From an uncultured Chloroflexia bacterium (GTDB lineage Bacteria > Chloroflexota > Anaerolineae > Anaerolineales > UBA11858): a DNA stretch of 64,000 nt. The first letter of the stretch is position 1. Each line of letters begins with the position of its first letter. Where the stretch lies: assembly GCA_963695575.1 (NCBI GenBank), contig CAVOGS010000014.1, forward strand, positions 328,114-392,113. The letters run 5' to 3'. Below, in pieces: positions 10,777-20,197 of this stretch. The position numbers and the translations under genes were made by a program. The notes beneath the pieces are model-generated. The model was given only the letters and a program-made list of their open reading frames with translations. It made no database searches and was not told the DNA's origin.

Positions 10777-11435
10777 TCATACTCCTGATACTCACGAATA
10801 TCCACAATATTTGTGTCTTTTAGGTCGCAAATCGCTTCAACTAATTTATCTTTTTCCAGATTCTCTACCTTGCAAACTGAGATCCAGGTGTCTGGATTAT
10901 CAGCTGGATAATAGCCAACACAGACCGAAAGATAACCTCCAGCATTTGCAATCGCGGAGGTTAAACGTGCGATCACACCGCTCTTATCGGGCTGTTCTAC
11001 GGTAACCCTGATGCCTGATTTGCGTGTTCCGAGAAGATCGGTCATGGCTATGAATAGATCCTCTCCTGACATTATGCCAACCAGGGATCCGTCTTTAACA
11101 ACCGGGAGGGAACCAAGTTTTTTATCCGCCATTAACATGGCAGCTTCTTCGATGGGCGTGTCTGGGTCGATCAGGTATACGTCTTTGATCATGATCGAGT
11201 GGACTTTAAGTTGGGAAAGAGTGTAGTTGATCTCAAATTTACTGAAGCGCGAGACGTCGGAAGGCAGAGCTGTTTCGAGTGAACTCTGAGTGATCAAGCC
11301 AACCAGCTTTTGATCCTGATCAAGAATCGGCAGATGGCGGATCTTGTTCTTTACCATTAATTCCCGCGCTTCAGTAACGGCCATCTCCGGTGAACCGAAG
11401 ATGGGATTTGGCGTCATGCGGTCTTTTACAAACAT
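10773..11435 (-). CDS. CBS-pair + ACT domain protein (AcuB-like)
   Basis: Two CBS repeats (IRHLPILDQDQKLVGLIT; LGSLPVVKDGSLVGIMS) followed by the ACT-like GIRVTVEQPDKSGVIARLTSAIANAGG. Its stop overlaps the hdrA start (ATGA). Confidence 0.75.
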   Translation of the reverse strand: MFVKDRMTPNPIFGSPEMAVTEARELMVKNKIRHLPILDQDQKLVGLITQSSLETALPSDVSRFSKFEINYTLSQLKVHSIMIKDVYLIDPDTPIEEAAMLMADKKLGSLPVVKDGSLVGIMSGEDLFIAMTDLLGTRKSGIRVTVEQPDKSGVIARLTSAIANAGGYLSVCVGYYPADNPDTWISVCKVENLEKDKLVEAICDLKDTNIVDIREYQEYE

Positions 11436-11718
11436 AAAATCCTCCCTGCATCAGGACAGTGTCATGATTTGGAAAATGGTCCAACTTACCAGGGTTTAGA
11501 GGTTGGCGGAAAGGCCATTTTAAAGCACTGCGAAGATACCGTATATTTATACCAGAATGTAAAAATATACAACCCGCAATTGGATGAAATCATGATGAAT
11601 ATCACATGAATTGGGAAGTTTATGACATGAAGCACCGCTGCATTCCGAATTAATGAGAAACTACCGGAAACGAAAGGACCGGAAACAGAAAGTTAACCAG
11701 ATCAATAAACTTTTGTGG

Positions 11719-12477
11719 TTATTGCTTCGTAGCCTGATATTTAACATATAAAGCAGATAATCTTTGTTGTAATCGTGAGGAGAGAGCCTTGCCGCCCTGG
11801 CTGGTGACATCATCTTGATTATCAAATATCACATACGGAACAGGCACCCCTTGGATCAGGATTGTTTCTGGTTGGTTGGCAATTACTTCATTCCAATCTG
11901 ATTCCTTGTAAAGAGATTCCATTTTTAGATCTGAAAGTCCGTGTTCTAAAATACTGTCCGGTCTGTCAGGATTGAATCGGGCTCGATTCTTCCGCAGTGA
12001 TTCCTCCCAGGTAACATCAATATAAAGAATGGCCAATCGTTCCGCGACCTTCTGGCTAAGATGGGAAAAGGCACGTTTAAAACCGCCATGGGATGATCCA
12101 CGGGCAAATTCAATCACGAATGTCTTTCGGTGATCTTCTCCCTCTTCATCGCGGGTAGCTTTTTCATATTCAAGATTGATGCGTTCGATCAGCAGATCCC
12201 ACAGGTAAGGGAAAAGAAAATTATCTTCATCGTCAGTGTGGATCCTGGGGTGGCCAAGGTTGCTCAATATGGCATCTTCTTCGAACCAGGTCCATAACAT
12301 TGGAAAATCATCCAGCTCTTCAAATTCGCCAATATGATATTGCTGAATTCGTTTCTCGATCGGGGTGTTTTTCAGATGGGCGATGATCTCACTTTTACCA
12401 GCAGCAGGGCGGGCGATCAATAAAAGATTGTCGAATGTTTTCATGTTAGTTGGGTCCTTATCTGAGGCAGATTTCAA
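11719..12477 (-). CDS. Hypothetical P-loop (Walker A) protein, family not recognised
   Basis: 252-aa ORF with LLLIARPAAGKSEI (Walker A-like GKS). It is the last gene of the minus-strand run that begins at carH. I cannot assign a confident family by eye. Confidence 0.5.
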   Translation of the reverse strand: MKSASDKDPTNMKTFDNLLLIARPAAGKSEIIAHLKNTPIEKRIQQYHIGEFEELDDFPMLWTWFEEDAILSNLGHPRIHTDDEDNFLFPYLWDLLIERINLEYEKATRDEEGEDHRKTFVIEFARGSSHGGFKRAFSHLSQKVAERLAILYIDVTWEESLRKNRARFNPDRPDSILEHGLSDLKMESLYKESDWNEVIANQPETILIQGVPVPYVIFDNQDDVTSQGGKALSSRLQQRLSALYVKYQATKQ

Positions 12478-12506
12478 GTTAATTATAATGGCACTTTAAA
12501 CAAGGA

Positions 12507-13391
12507 TTAATTATCACCTTGCCAGGTTGCAATGAAATCCATCCCTGATGTTTCAAATGGGAGATCAGGTTCATCCATGATCCAATCACCAACGAGGCCC
12601 ATCTCCTGAGCAGAGATCTCAAAATGGGCCATAACGATGCCCATATCGATCCGCTGTAAATCAGCCAGACCTAATAAAGACTTGAATAAAGGCGAGGGGT
12701 AATTCTTGGTTCGTTTGAGGAAAAAGTGAAGCAGATCACCGCGTTTAAGAATTCGCCAGGGCTGTCTATTGGAAGCAGAAGGGGCCAGCCGCACAAGTTC
12801 CAAAGGTTTCTGAAATTCTTCCGCCTGGGCATGTGAAAGCGGTTGAGTGAAGGTATCAGAAAAGAAAATCTCATTCCAGGGCAGGCGCCGGTCAGCGCCA
12901 GCATAGATCCGGCTGATGCGGTCCATCCAGGCTTTTTGATCAGCAGGATAACCGATAGATATGACAGAAGGGATGTTTTCGCCTTTATTGAGGTCCATCA
13001 ACCTGGAAAAGCGGCTTTTTGTAAAAGTGCCTCCCAGCCAACAACTACCGATACCCAATTCAACTGCTCGGAGGATGATCAATTCCATTTGATAGCCAAA
13101 ATCTTCGAGAGCGAACGGCTGGTTTACAACCGAACCAACCACAAAGCCAGCAGGATTTTTTATGAAACCATATGTACCAAGGTCTTTGAGGGAATGAACA
13201 TCTTCTTCACTGGCGGCAGCTATTTGAAAACGAATTGGATTGCCAAATCTACCTTCCTGACACCGCTTCGTGAAGTTTTCCAGCAAGGTAAGGTCCGCAG
13301 GCGAGAGAGGTAGATCTTTGTATGTTCGACAAGAATAGCGTTTTTTTATCAGTTCCGAAACAGGTGAGTTAAAATCTGTATTGTTGATCAT
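12507..13391 (-). CDS. Nitroreductase family protein
   Basis: RYSCRTYKD...APSASNRQPWRI, typical nitroreductase-fold motifs; 294 aa. Confidence 0.7.
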   Translation of the reverse strand: MINNTDFNSPVSELIKKRYSCRTYKDLPLSPADLTLLENFTKRCQEGRFGNPIRFQIAAASEEDVHSLKDLGTYGFIKNPAGFVVGSVVNQPFALEDFGYQMELIILRAVELGIGSCWLGGTFTKSRFSRLMDLNKGENIPSVISIGYPADQKAWMDRISRIYAGADRRLPWNEIFFSDTFTQPLSHAQAEEFQKPLELVRLAPSASNRQPWRILKRGDLLHFFLKRTKNYPSPLFKSLLGLADLQRIDMGIVMAHFEISAQEMGLVGDWIMDEPDLPFETSGMDFIATWQGDN

Positions 13392-13444
13392 CTTGAGAGA
13401 TTATAGCAGGGTTGATTATGGGAGGTTTTGATATTTAGATGTTC

Positions 13445-13864
13445 CTACTCTGGAAAATAATCGTGGAAGACCTCAAACGGGATCACCAGGGCCTCTTTGT
13501 CGTTGATGTATAGGTATACTTTATAGTTTCCCGTCGGCCAGAAATTTCCTTCGTTTTGTAATTCAAAGACTACTGTGGATGAAGATGGCTCAATTTCCTC
13601 GATCTTGATCACAAGGTTTGGGGCACTGCGATTGGTCTCCACAGCGACCCAGCTTGCCTTCAGAACTGTTTCGGGTGCTGGTTGATCGAGGGTGACGACA
13701 CAATAAAATATCGCCCGGGCATCATATTTCTCAGTTGGTTGTGTGCCAGCCGGATCAAGGAATAAACCAGCAGAAACGATTGTGGAGGGGGTTGAATTAG
13801 ATCCGCAGGCGCTGATCAGAACCACCAATATCACAAGGAAGAAGAATGAATTCTTGGTTTTCAA
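13445..13864 (-). CDS. Hypothetical lipoprotein
   Basis: Signal peptide with lipobox FFFLVILVVLISAC-G; 139 aa; no recognisable domain. Confidence 0.55.
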   Translation of the reverse strand: MKTKNSFFFLVILVVLISACGSNSTPSTIVSAGLFLDPAGTQPTEKYDARAIFYCVVTLDQPAPETVLKASWVAVETNRSAPNLVIKIEEIEPSSSTVVFELQNEGNFWPTGNYKVYLYINDKEALVIPFEVFHDYFPE

Positions 13865-13891
13865 TTTAATTCCTCTGAGGGAGTGAAGAAC

Positions 13892-14908
13892 TTACTCTTT
13901 TTGTGCTGAAAATCTGTTGATGAGTTTCATTATGGACCAGAGCACTCCTGCCAGCACAAATACGATCAGGTAATCAATAACGGGGATCCAGGTGATCTGA
14001 TGGATTCCGCCGATGCCTCTCCCGCTGTAGACCCATAATGCCAGGCCAATATAAACAGCCAAAAACGTCCAGCGCAGCCATTTTTGAAGTTTTAGACCGT
14101 GCATCTGGGTGATCACAAATACACCACCAAAACCAAAAGCGAACATAGGCCACATGTTATTGCCCTGCATAACTGCTACCAGGGTACCGTGAGCCAGGAC
14201 TGCAACTTCCTGGAAGATCATCCACCAGCGGTTGGTGTGAATGCGTGTGAAGAACAGACTGCCTTGCAGAAGCAATAAGAACATGTAAAGAAATCCAATT
14301 AAATGACCGCTGGTAGCGATAGTCGGGTGATACCAGAATGTGTAAACAGTTGCCCAGGCAAAGAAATAACCATGATATTTCCGAGCAAAGCGAATTAGGT
14401 CTTTTGAGAAGGGAATTGGTTTTCCGAAAAACATGCCCCTGCGCTGATTTTCCATTAACAAGACCCAGACAAGAAGAATGATTACAGAAACCTGAGAACT
14501 CCAGATGGATACGTCCTGGGCCAGACCGTCATACCAGAGATGGGTTTGCAGGACACGCAGCAGGATAAAAAAGGCATTAACTGCAAGCGCAGCATAATTC
14601 ACCAAGTGGAGCTTGGTACTGTATTTTTTTACTTTAGTCTGGGCATAGTAGATCAAACCCCAGAAGGAGAATTGATGCAGCAGGTAAAACCCCCAGGCCG
14701 TAGCCCTGGTCCAAAATGTAGGATTGGGCAGCTTCCAGTAATACCAGGAGGCTCCCTGATCCGGGTCAAGTTGGATGGCATCCAATTTAGGGCCTAAGAT
14801 CCAGATCAAGCCCACAAAAACCAGACTGGCAACGATCCCAATCCAAAGAACTTTTGTGTCTTGTCGTGGAGCGATATTTTCTTTTGGCTCCTCAACTTTT
14901 CCAGTCAT
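13892..14908 (-). CDS. Hypothetical polytopic membrane protein
   Basis: 338 aa with about 8 hydrophobic, Trp/Tyr/Phe-rich segments. It is tightly packed between neighbouring minus-strand genes. Confidence 0.55.
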   Translation of the reverse strand: MTGKVEEPKENIAPRQDTKVLWIGIVASLVFVGLIWILGPKLDAIQLDPDQGASWYYWKLPNPTFWTRATAWGFYLLHQFSFWGLIYYAQTKVKKYSTKLHLVNYAALAVNAFFILLRVLQTHLWYDGLAQDVSIWSSQVSVIILLVWVLLMENQRRGMFFGKPIPFSKDLIRFARKYHGYFFAWATVYTFWYHPTIATSGHLIGFLYMFLLLLQGSLFFTRIHTNRWWMIFQEVAVLAHGTLVAVMQGNNMWPMFAFGFGGVFVITQMHGLKLQKWLRWTFLAVYIGLALWVYSGRGIGGIHQITWIPVIDYLIVFVLAGVLWSIMKLINRFSAQKE

Positions 14909-14918
14909 TATTTATTCC

Positions 14919-15824
14919 TCATTTGAACAAATCATCTACAGCGGTGGATAATTGATTGTATCGAAATTGATAGCCGGCTGCTAAGAGTCTATTTGGCGCT
15001 ACCTCCCGGCCATCCAGGGCCAGGGTGGCAGCTTCACCAAAAGTCAATTTTAACAGAAAAGATGGAATAGAAAACCAGGCTGGTCTGTTTAGTGTGCTGC
15101 TCAATTGTGCTGTGAATTCTTGATTTGTGACCGGTTTGGGAGCGGTAATATTATAAATTCCCTGGGTTTGGGGATTTTCAATGAAGTATTCAATGCTCTT
15201 CACCAGATCAGTGATATGGATCCAGGACATGATCTGTTTTCCTGTTCCAATAGTACCGCCGATGTAGAATCGGAATGGAAGAGATAACAATGGCAATAAT
15301 CCACCTGCAGGGCTGAGAACCAGACCGATACGCATGATAATCCGCCGTATGCCAAGTTCTTCAACAGACGAAGTCGACTTTTCCCAGGACTGACAAACCG
15401 ATGCCAGAAAATCATCGCCCGGAGGACTATTTTCGCTAACTTGATCCTCCCCCCGGTTTCCATAATAACCGATTGCTGACGCCTGGATGAGAACTTCAGG
15501 TTTGTGAGCCGCTTTTTCCAGGGCAGTGCTGAGTATTGACCCGGCCTGGATCCTGCTGGAGATGATTTCAGCTTTGCGTGTTTTTGTCCAGCGCATCACC
15601 AAGGGATTTTTTCCAGCCAAACTGGAGCCGGCCAGGTTTATCACAGCATTAGAACTATCGATCTCGCTGCTTAAGTCTTGCAGATTCCATGAAATAACTC
15701 TGGCACCAGGCAAGGTTTTTTGTGGATCGCGGCTGACAACCGTTATTTGATGCCCTTTATTCTTAAGTGATCGAATTAAAGCGGTTCCGACCAAGCCTGT
15801 TCCACCGGTGATTAATATATTCAT
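14919..15824 (-). CDS. TIGR01777/YfcH-type NAD-dependent epimerase family protein (SDR fold + DUF1731)
   Basis: MNILITGGTGLVGTALIRSL...; C-terminal APNRLLAAGYQFRYNQL is typical of the DUF1731 tail. Confidence 0.75.
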   Translation of the reverse strand: MNILITGGTGLVGTALIRSLKNKGHQITVVSRDPQKTLPGARVISWNLQDLSSEIDSSNAVINLAGSSLAGKNPLVMRWTKTRKAEIISSRIQAGSILSTALEKAAHKPEVLIQASAIGYYGNRGEDQVSENSPPGDDFLASVCQSWEKSTSSVEELGIRRIIMRIGLVLSPAGGLLPLLSLPFRFYIGGTIGTGKQIMSWIHITDLVKSIEYFIENPQTQGIYNITAPKPVTNQEFTAQLSSTLNRPAWFSIPSFLLKLTFGEAATLALDGREVAPNRLLAAGYQFRYNQLSTAVDDLFK

Positions 15825-15834
15825 AATAACTGTC

Positions 15835-17161
15835 TTAGTGATTATTTATAACTGGGTTCCTCAGCCAGTCTGTAATTACTTCCCCTTCAGGACCTAAAAG
15901 GTCCTCGATAGCCATTCTGAAAGCATTTAAATAATCTACTAGTTGATCGTACTCAAGTTTTCTGGTGCTGATCAAACCAGAGATCCAATTCAGACTAAAC
16001 CGCAGGTAGTTGATATCTCCCAGCGTCAGTGCTGCGGATATATCCTGGATCAATTGCTGATTGGCCTCAAAGATATCGAGCGTGTCGAAGGTTTTTTGGC
16101 TGTCTGGCAAATTGAGACGCAGGGTACGGTCCAGCTCGGGACGGATTTCTTTCAGTCTCTCCACCAGCTTGCTGTTTTGAGGCGGGTGAGGTTTGATATT
16201 GATCCCGATCCCATTATTTTTGATCAGATCTTCAATCATGGAGATCGCCTCTGGTAAGTTATTCCCAAGGTAAATACCAGGCATTGTTTTAGAAAGATCC
16301 GGGATTTGATCAAAAATCCATCCCCCAAATGCTGCCGGGATTTGTTTCTCTGCCAAGTATATTCAAAGTATTCAATAACGCAGCTGTAGTCGAAAGTCTG
16401 GATGCTGTTAGAACTGCAAGGGCTGGTTTGATCTCCAAAATGACTTCACTTAAGCGCTCATTTGGCACATTAGCACCAAGATAAACAACATCCCAGCCCC
16501 TGTGTTTTAAGAGTAGGGTTAATATCAACAGGGTTATTGTATGCTGTTCACCCGGCGCACAAGCAATCATAATTCTTTGGGCATGAACGGGATTGGGCGC
16601 GGCAGTGATCAGCGTTTCGACCTTTCTAATTGTGATCTCAGAAATAAAATGCTCCTGCTGGACAGTTGCCTCTCCCTGATACCAGAGCTGGCCTACTTTA
16701 TCGATAGAAGGCAGGATCACGGCTGTTAAAACGGTTTCTAATGGAAATTGGGCGAAGGCCAACGATAAGATCTGTTCAGCGTGAGGCTCGTCATAACCCA
16801 GGCAGTATTCAATCCATTTTTCCTGGAGGTCCTCGAGCGTATCAATATCATCATCCATTTGAACCAGCGAATCTACTTGCCTCGCCGGGGGTTTATCTTG
16901 TTGTAAGGGGTCGTTCCCTGAATTAACCAGATCCATCCAGTAGTTAACGGCCTGGCTGATGCGCATCCCTTCTTTTTGCCTTGCCACCAGCCATTTTAAA
17001 GTGGATAGATCATAATCAGAATATAATCGGTGTCCACCCTCTGATCGGGCAGGTAAGGGGAGTTTATAACGCCGCTCCCAGGCACGGATCGTATCGGCTT
17101 TGAGTCCCGTTTCCTGGAGGATCAAATTGAGGTTATAACGCGGTTTTCTTGAAATTGCCAT
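15835..17161 (-). pseudogene. carH: CarH/LitR-type MerR-family, B12-binding photoreceptor regulator (one frameshift, C-terminal extension)
   Basis: MerR HTH (LILQETGLKADTIRAWERRYKLPLPARSEGGHRLYSDYDL). Wx9EH motif LWYQGEATVQQEH. B12-binding Rossmann region with GEQHTITLL...GWDVVYLGANVP. ORFs 16310..17161 and 15835..16356 join with a 1-nt correction near 16353 (...LNIL/AEKQIPAAFGGW...). Confidence 0.75.
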
Positions 17162-17188
17162 AATGTTCCTTATCTTATTATTGGCAGT

Positions 17189-17217
17189 AGTCTAAACCAT
17201 ATCTTACGAGATGTCAA
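17189..17217 (-). promoter_or_regulatory. Putative carH promoter (TTGACA-17-TAGACT on the minus strand)
   Basis: The reverse complement of 17212-17217 is TTGACA and of 17189-17194 is TAGACT, with a 17-nt spacer. An AAGGA RBS sits just before ATG 17161. Confidence 0.5.
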
Positions 17218-17231
17218 GGAAAACAGGGAAA

Positions 17232-17264
17232 TAACTAGACAAAAGATAGACAATGGTGTATATT
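17232..17264 (+). promoter_or_regulatory. Two tandem CarH-type 11-bp direct repeats overlapping a TAGACA-17-TATATT promoter for tspO
   Basis: TAACTAGACAA (17232-17242) and AAGATAGACAA (17243-17253) both fit nAnnTnnACAn. The -35 TAGACA is at 17236-17241 and the -10 TATATT at 17259-17264. Confidence 0.6.
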
Positions 17265-17327
17265 AGGCACAACTTACTGGTACTGAATTATTGGAAATGA
17301 AAATATTAGTTGATGGAGATAAATAAA

Positions 17328-18075
17328 ATGAAAAAAATTACAACTGCTCAAATTGTCACGGTTCTGGCAACGATAATTACCATAACGATCAATGCCCTGG
17401 CGAATATTCTGCCCTTAAATGGATTAAATACCGGAGAGATCTCTGATCGTTTTCAGATCTACTTTGTACCTGCTGGGTATGTATTTTCGATCTGGGGTTT
17501 GATCTACCTGAGTTTGGTGGTCTATACGGTATTTCAATTCTTGCCCAAACAGGCTGATAATCCAGTCTTAAAAAAGATCGCTCCATATTATTGGCTTGCT
17601 AGTTTGGCTAATTCGATCTGGATTTTCCTGTGGCATTACGAAGTATTTTCACTGACCCTGGCAGCGATGGTGGTGATATTAATCGCGCTGCTGCTTATTT
17701 ACAAAGCGCTGGCTGGATCTACCGGACTGGAAAAATGGTTAGTGAAACTGCCTTTCAGTCTATACCTGGGTTGGATCAGTGTGGCAACGATCGCGAACAC
17801 CTCCCAGACTTTATTCTTCTTATGATTGGAATGGGTGGGGAATTGCCCCTGAGATTTGGACAATGGGGATGTTAGTGATCGCTGGTTTGCTGGGTTGGAT
17901 GATGTCCTGGCGCGAAAATGACACACCTTATGTATTAGTTTTGATCTGGGCTTTTATTGGTATTACAGTAAGTCAAGCAGGAACAGCCCTGGTGGTAAAT
18001 ACCGCTTGGGCAGTCGTTGTTCTCCTGGTAATAGCAATAATTGCTGGCGTTTATAAGTACAAGAAAGTGTATTAG
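17328..18075 (+). pseudogene. tspO: TspO/MBR-family (tryptophan-rich sensory protein-like) membrane protein, one frameshift
   Basis: FVPAGYVFSIWGLIYLSL..., NSIWIFLWHY..., LPFSLYLGWISVATIAN resemble the TspO helices. ORF 17310..17825 continues in the +1 frame as ORF 17779..18075. ATG 17328 has a GGAG RBS 8 nt upstream. Confidence 0.6.
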
Positions 18076-18084
18076 GAGATAATA

Positions 18085-18921
18085 ATGACTATAAAAATTG
18101 TGACGGATTCAACCTGTGATTTACCTGAAACTGTGATCAAGGAATTGGGTATCACAGTGATTCCTCTCTATATCAATATAGGCAATGAAGGTTTCCTGGA
18201 CGGGATTGATATCTCTCGCCGGGAATTCTATACCAATCTGGCTGATTATCCCGTTCATCCCACAACTGGAACGCCCGGTACATCCGCTTTCTTTAAAGCA
18301 TTTGATGATTTGGTGGATCAAGGGGCAGACGAGATCATGACTATCCACATCTCTGAAAGTTTAAGCGCGACTGTTGATGTCGCCAGGACCGCTGCCAAGG
18401 AATATCAAAAAGTCCCAGTTACGGTCAGGGATTCTGGCCAGCTTTCAACTGGAACGGGTTTTCAGGTCGAGCTGGCAGCCAAAATGGCAAATGAGGGCAA
18501 ATCGCTGGATGAGATCCTGGTCGCATTGGACAGCCTTCGCTCCCGCACCTTTGTAACAGCAGGCTTGGACACGCTGGAGTTTCTAAGGCGCAGCGGACGG
18601 ATGAACCGCTTTATGACCGGGATTGGTAGTTTAATCCAGCTGAAACCAATATTAACTATGAAAGACGGCAAACCAGGGTCCGATCGGGTCAGGACCTCCA
18701 TCCGGGCTGAAAAAAGGCTTATTTCTTTATTAGAAGAGCATCTACCTATTGAGAAATTTGCTCTGGTACACTCCAATGCTCATAAAAAAGCAGAAGAATT
18801 TAAGGCAAAAATCGAGAAATATTTACCTGATGGAGAGATCTTCTCGATGGATATTACACCTGTGATTGGGGCTCATCTTGGTCCTGGGGCGGTAGGGTTT
18901 GCGGTCATTACAAAAGCCTGA
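18085..18921 (+). CDS. DegV-family fatty-acid-binding protein
   Basis: MTIKIVTDSTCDLPETVIKELGITVIPLYI... is the canonical DegV N-terminus; 278 aa. Confidence 0.85.
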   Translation: MTIKIVTDSTCDLPETVIKELGITVIPLYINIGNEGFLDGIDISRREFYTNLADYPVHPTTGTPGTSAFFKAFDDLVDQGADEIMTIHISESLSATVDVARTAAKEYQKVPVTVRDSGQLSTGTGFQVELAAKMANEGKSLDEILVALDSLRSRTFVTAGLDTLEFLRRSGRMNRFMTGIGSLIQLKPILTMKDGKPGSDRVRTSIRAEKRLISLLEEHLPIEKFALVHSNAHKKAEEFKAKIEKYLPDGEIFSMDITPVIGAHLGPGAVGFAVITKA

Positions 18922-18962
18922 CTAATGGGTTTCAGAGCATAAAAAAACAAAAAGGAAAATCA

Positions 18963-19844
18963 ATGAAAAAAGAAAATATTCGCACTTACCTGGGTATTCT
19001 GGTTATCGTCTTGCTGGGACTGGGCGTTGCATTGGCTGGCAGCCAGGGTGGTTATAAAGTAGGCGGAATGCCAATCTATGCCCTGGGCGTCGGATTAGCG
19101 TTTTTGATCCAATGGATTGTATTTGTTCCTGCCTATAAAAATAGGACCGAAAAATACTTCGACTTGACTGGCAGCATCACCTATATTTCTGTGATGATAA
19201 TGGCTGTGATCTTAAGTCCGGAAAGAGATATCAGGACCTGGCTGTTATTGGGATTGGTAGCAATCTGGGCTCTCCGCCTGGGAACATTTTTGTTCCAGCG
19301 CATCAAGAAAGCCGGAGAAGATCGGCGATTCAGAGAGATAAAAGAATCTTTTCCGCGATTCCTTCAAACCTGGACCATTCAGGGTTTATGGGTGACTTTT
19401 TCCCTGGCAGCGGCCCTGGTTGTGGTTACCTCGACAAAACGGGTTGGAGTGGATATTTATCTTGTGCTGGGTTTGTTGGTCTGGTTGATTGGATTTGGAA
19501 TGGAAGCTTTTGCGGATAGTCAAAAGAATCAATTTCGCCAGGATCCAAAAAATGAGGGGAAATTCATCCAAACTGGTTTATGGGCCTGGTCCAGGCATCC
19601 TAATTATTTTGGAGAGATTGTTTTATGGGTAGGCGTTCTGATCATATCTTTACCTGTGCTGGTAGGCTGGCAGTGGGTAGCCTTGATTTCCCCGATTTTC
19701 ATCACGATCTTATTGACCAGGATCAGCGGCGTGCCAATGCTGGAAAAGCGCGCCGATGAGAAGTGGGGCGGTCAAGAGGATTATGAAAACTATAAACAGA
19801 ACACTTCGGTCCTGATTCCGATGCCTCCCAAAGGAGATAAATAA
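18963..19844 (+). CDS. DUF1295 / steroid-5-alpha-reductase-like membrane protein
   Basis: Polytopic; C-terminal WSRHPNYFGEIVLWVGVLI motif is typical of DUF1295. Confidence 0.7.
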   Translation: MKKENIRTYLGILVIVLLGLGVALAGSQGGYKVGGMPIYALGVGLAFLIQWIVFVPAYKNRTEKYFDLTGSITYISVMIMAVILSPERDIRTWLLLGLVAIWALRLGTFLFQRIKKAGEDRRFREIKESFPRFLQTWTIQGLWVTFSLAAALVVVTSTKRVGVDIYLVLGLLVWLIGFGMEAFADSQKNQFRQDPKNEGKFIQTGLWAWSRHPNYFGEIVLWVGVLIISLPVLVGWQWVALISPIFITILLTRISGVPMLEKRADEKWGGQEDYENYKQNTSVLIPMPPKGDK

Positions 19845-20185
19845 TGGTCCTGCAAATCTTAAAAATCATTGGGGCAATAGCCACGATTATCACCGGCGTG
19901 GTATCCCTTTTCTGGCCGCTAAAGGTGCCAGGTTTTACAGGATTGGAGCCAATTGGCGGAAGAGGTATTACCGAAATCAGAACCATTTTGGGAGCACTTT
20001 TTGTTGGTCTTGGTGCTGTTATCCTGTATTACCGCAGCCCGGAAGCCTATACGATCCTGGGGGTCACTTATCTGGCCATGGCTTTGGTCCGCGGGATATC
20101 AATCATTGTAGATCGCTCTGCAATCTCTTCTAATATCATCAGTTTTATCGTTGAATTGGTGTTTGGAATCTTGCTGGTTTTATAA
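19844..20185 (+). CDS. Small membrane protein (possibly DUF4345-like)
   Basis: 113 aa with 4 hydrophobic segments. Its start overlaps the preceding stop (TAATG). The family call is tentative. Confidence 0.5.
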   Translation: MVLQILKIIGAIATIITGVVSLFWPLKVPGFTGLEPIGGRGITEIRTILGALFVGLGAVILYYRSPEAYTILGVTYLAMALVRGISIIVDRSAISSNIISFIVELVFGILLVL

Positions 20186-20197
20186 AGGAAAATCAAG

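Noticed and set aside
7275-10823. About 15 ORFs of 60-144 aa listed on the plus strand (and in other minus frames) across the mvhD/hdrA region
   Set aside because: All lie inside or antisense to the 1040-aa HdrA-like and MvhD coding sequences, which have unambiguous motifs. Their products are low-complexity, with no RBS or recognisable domains.
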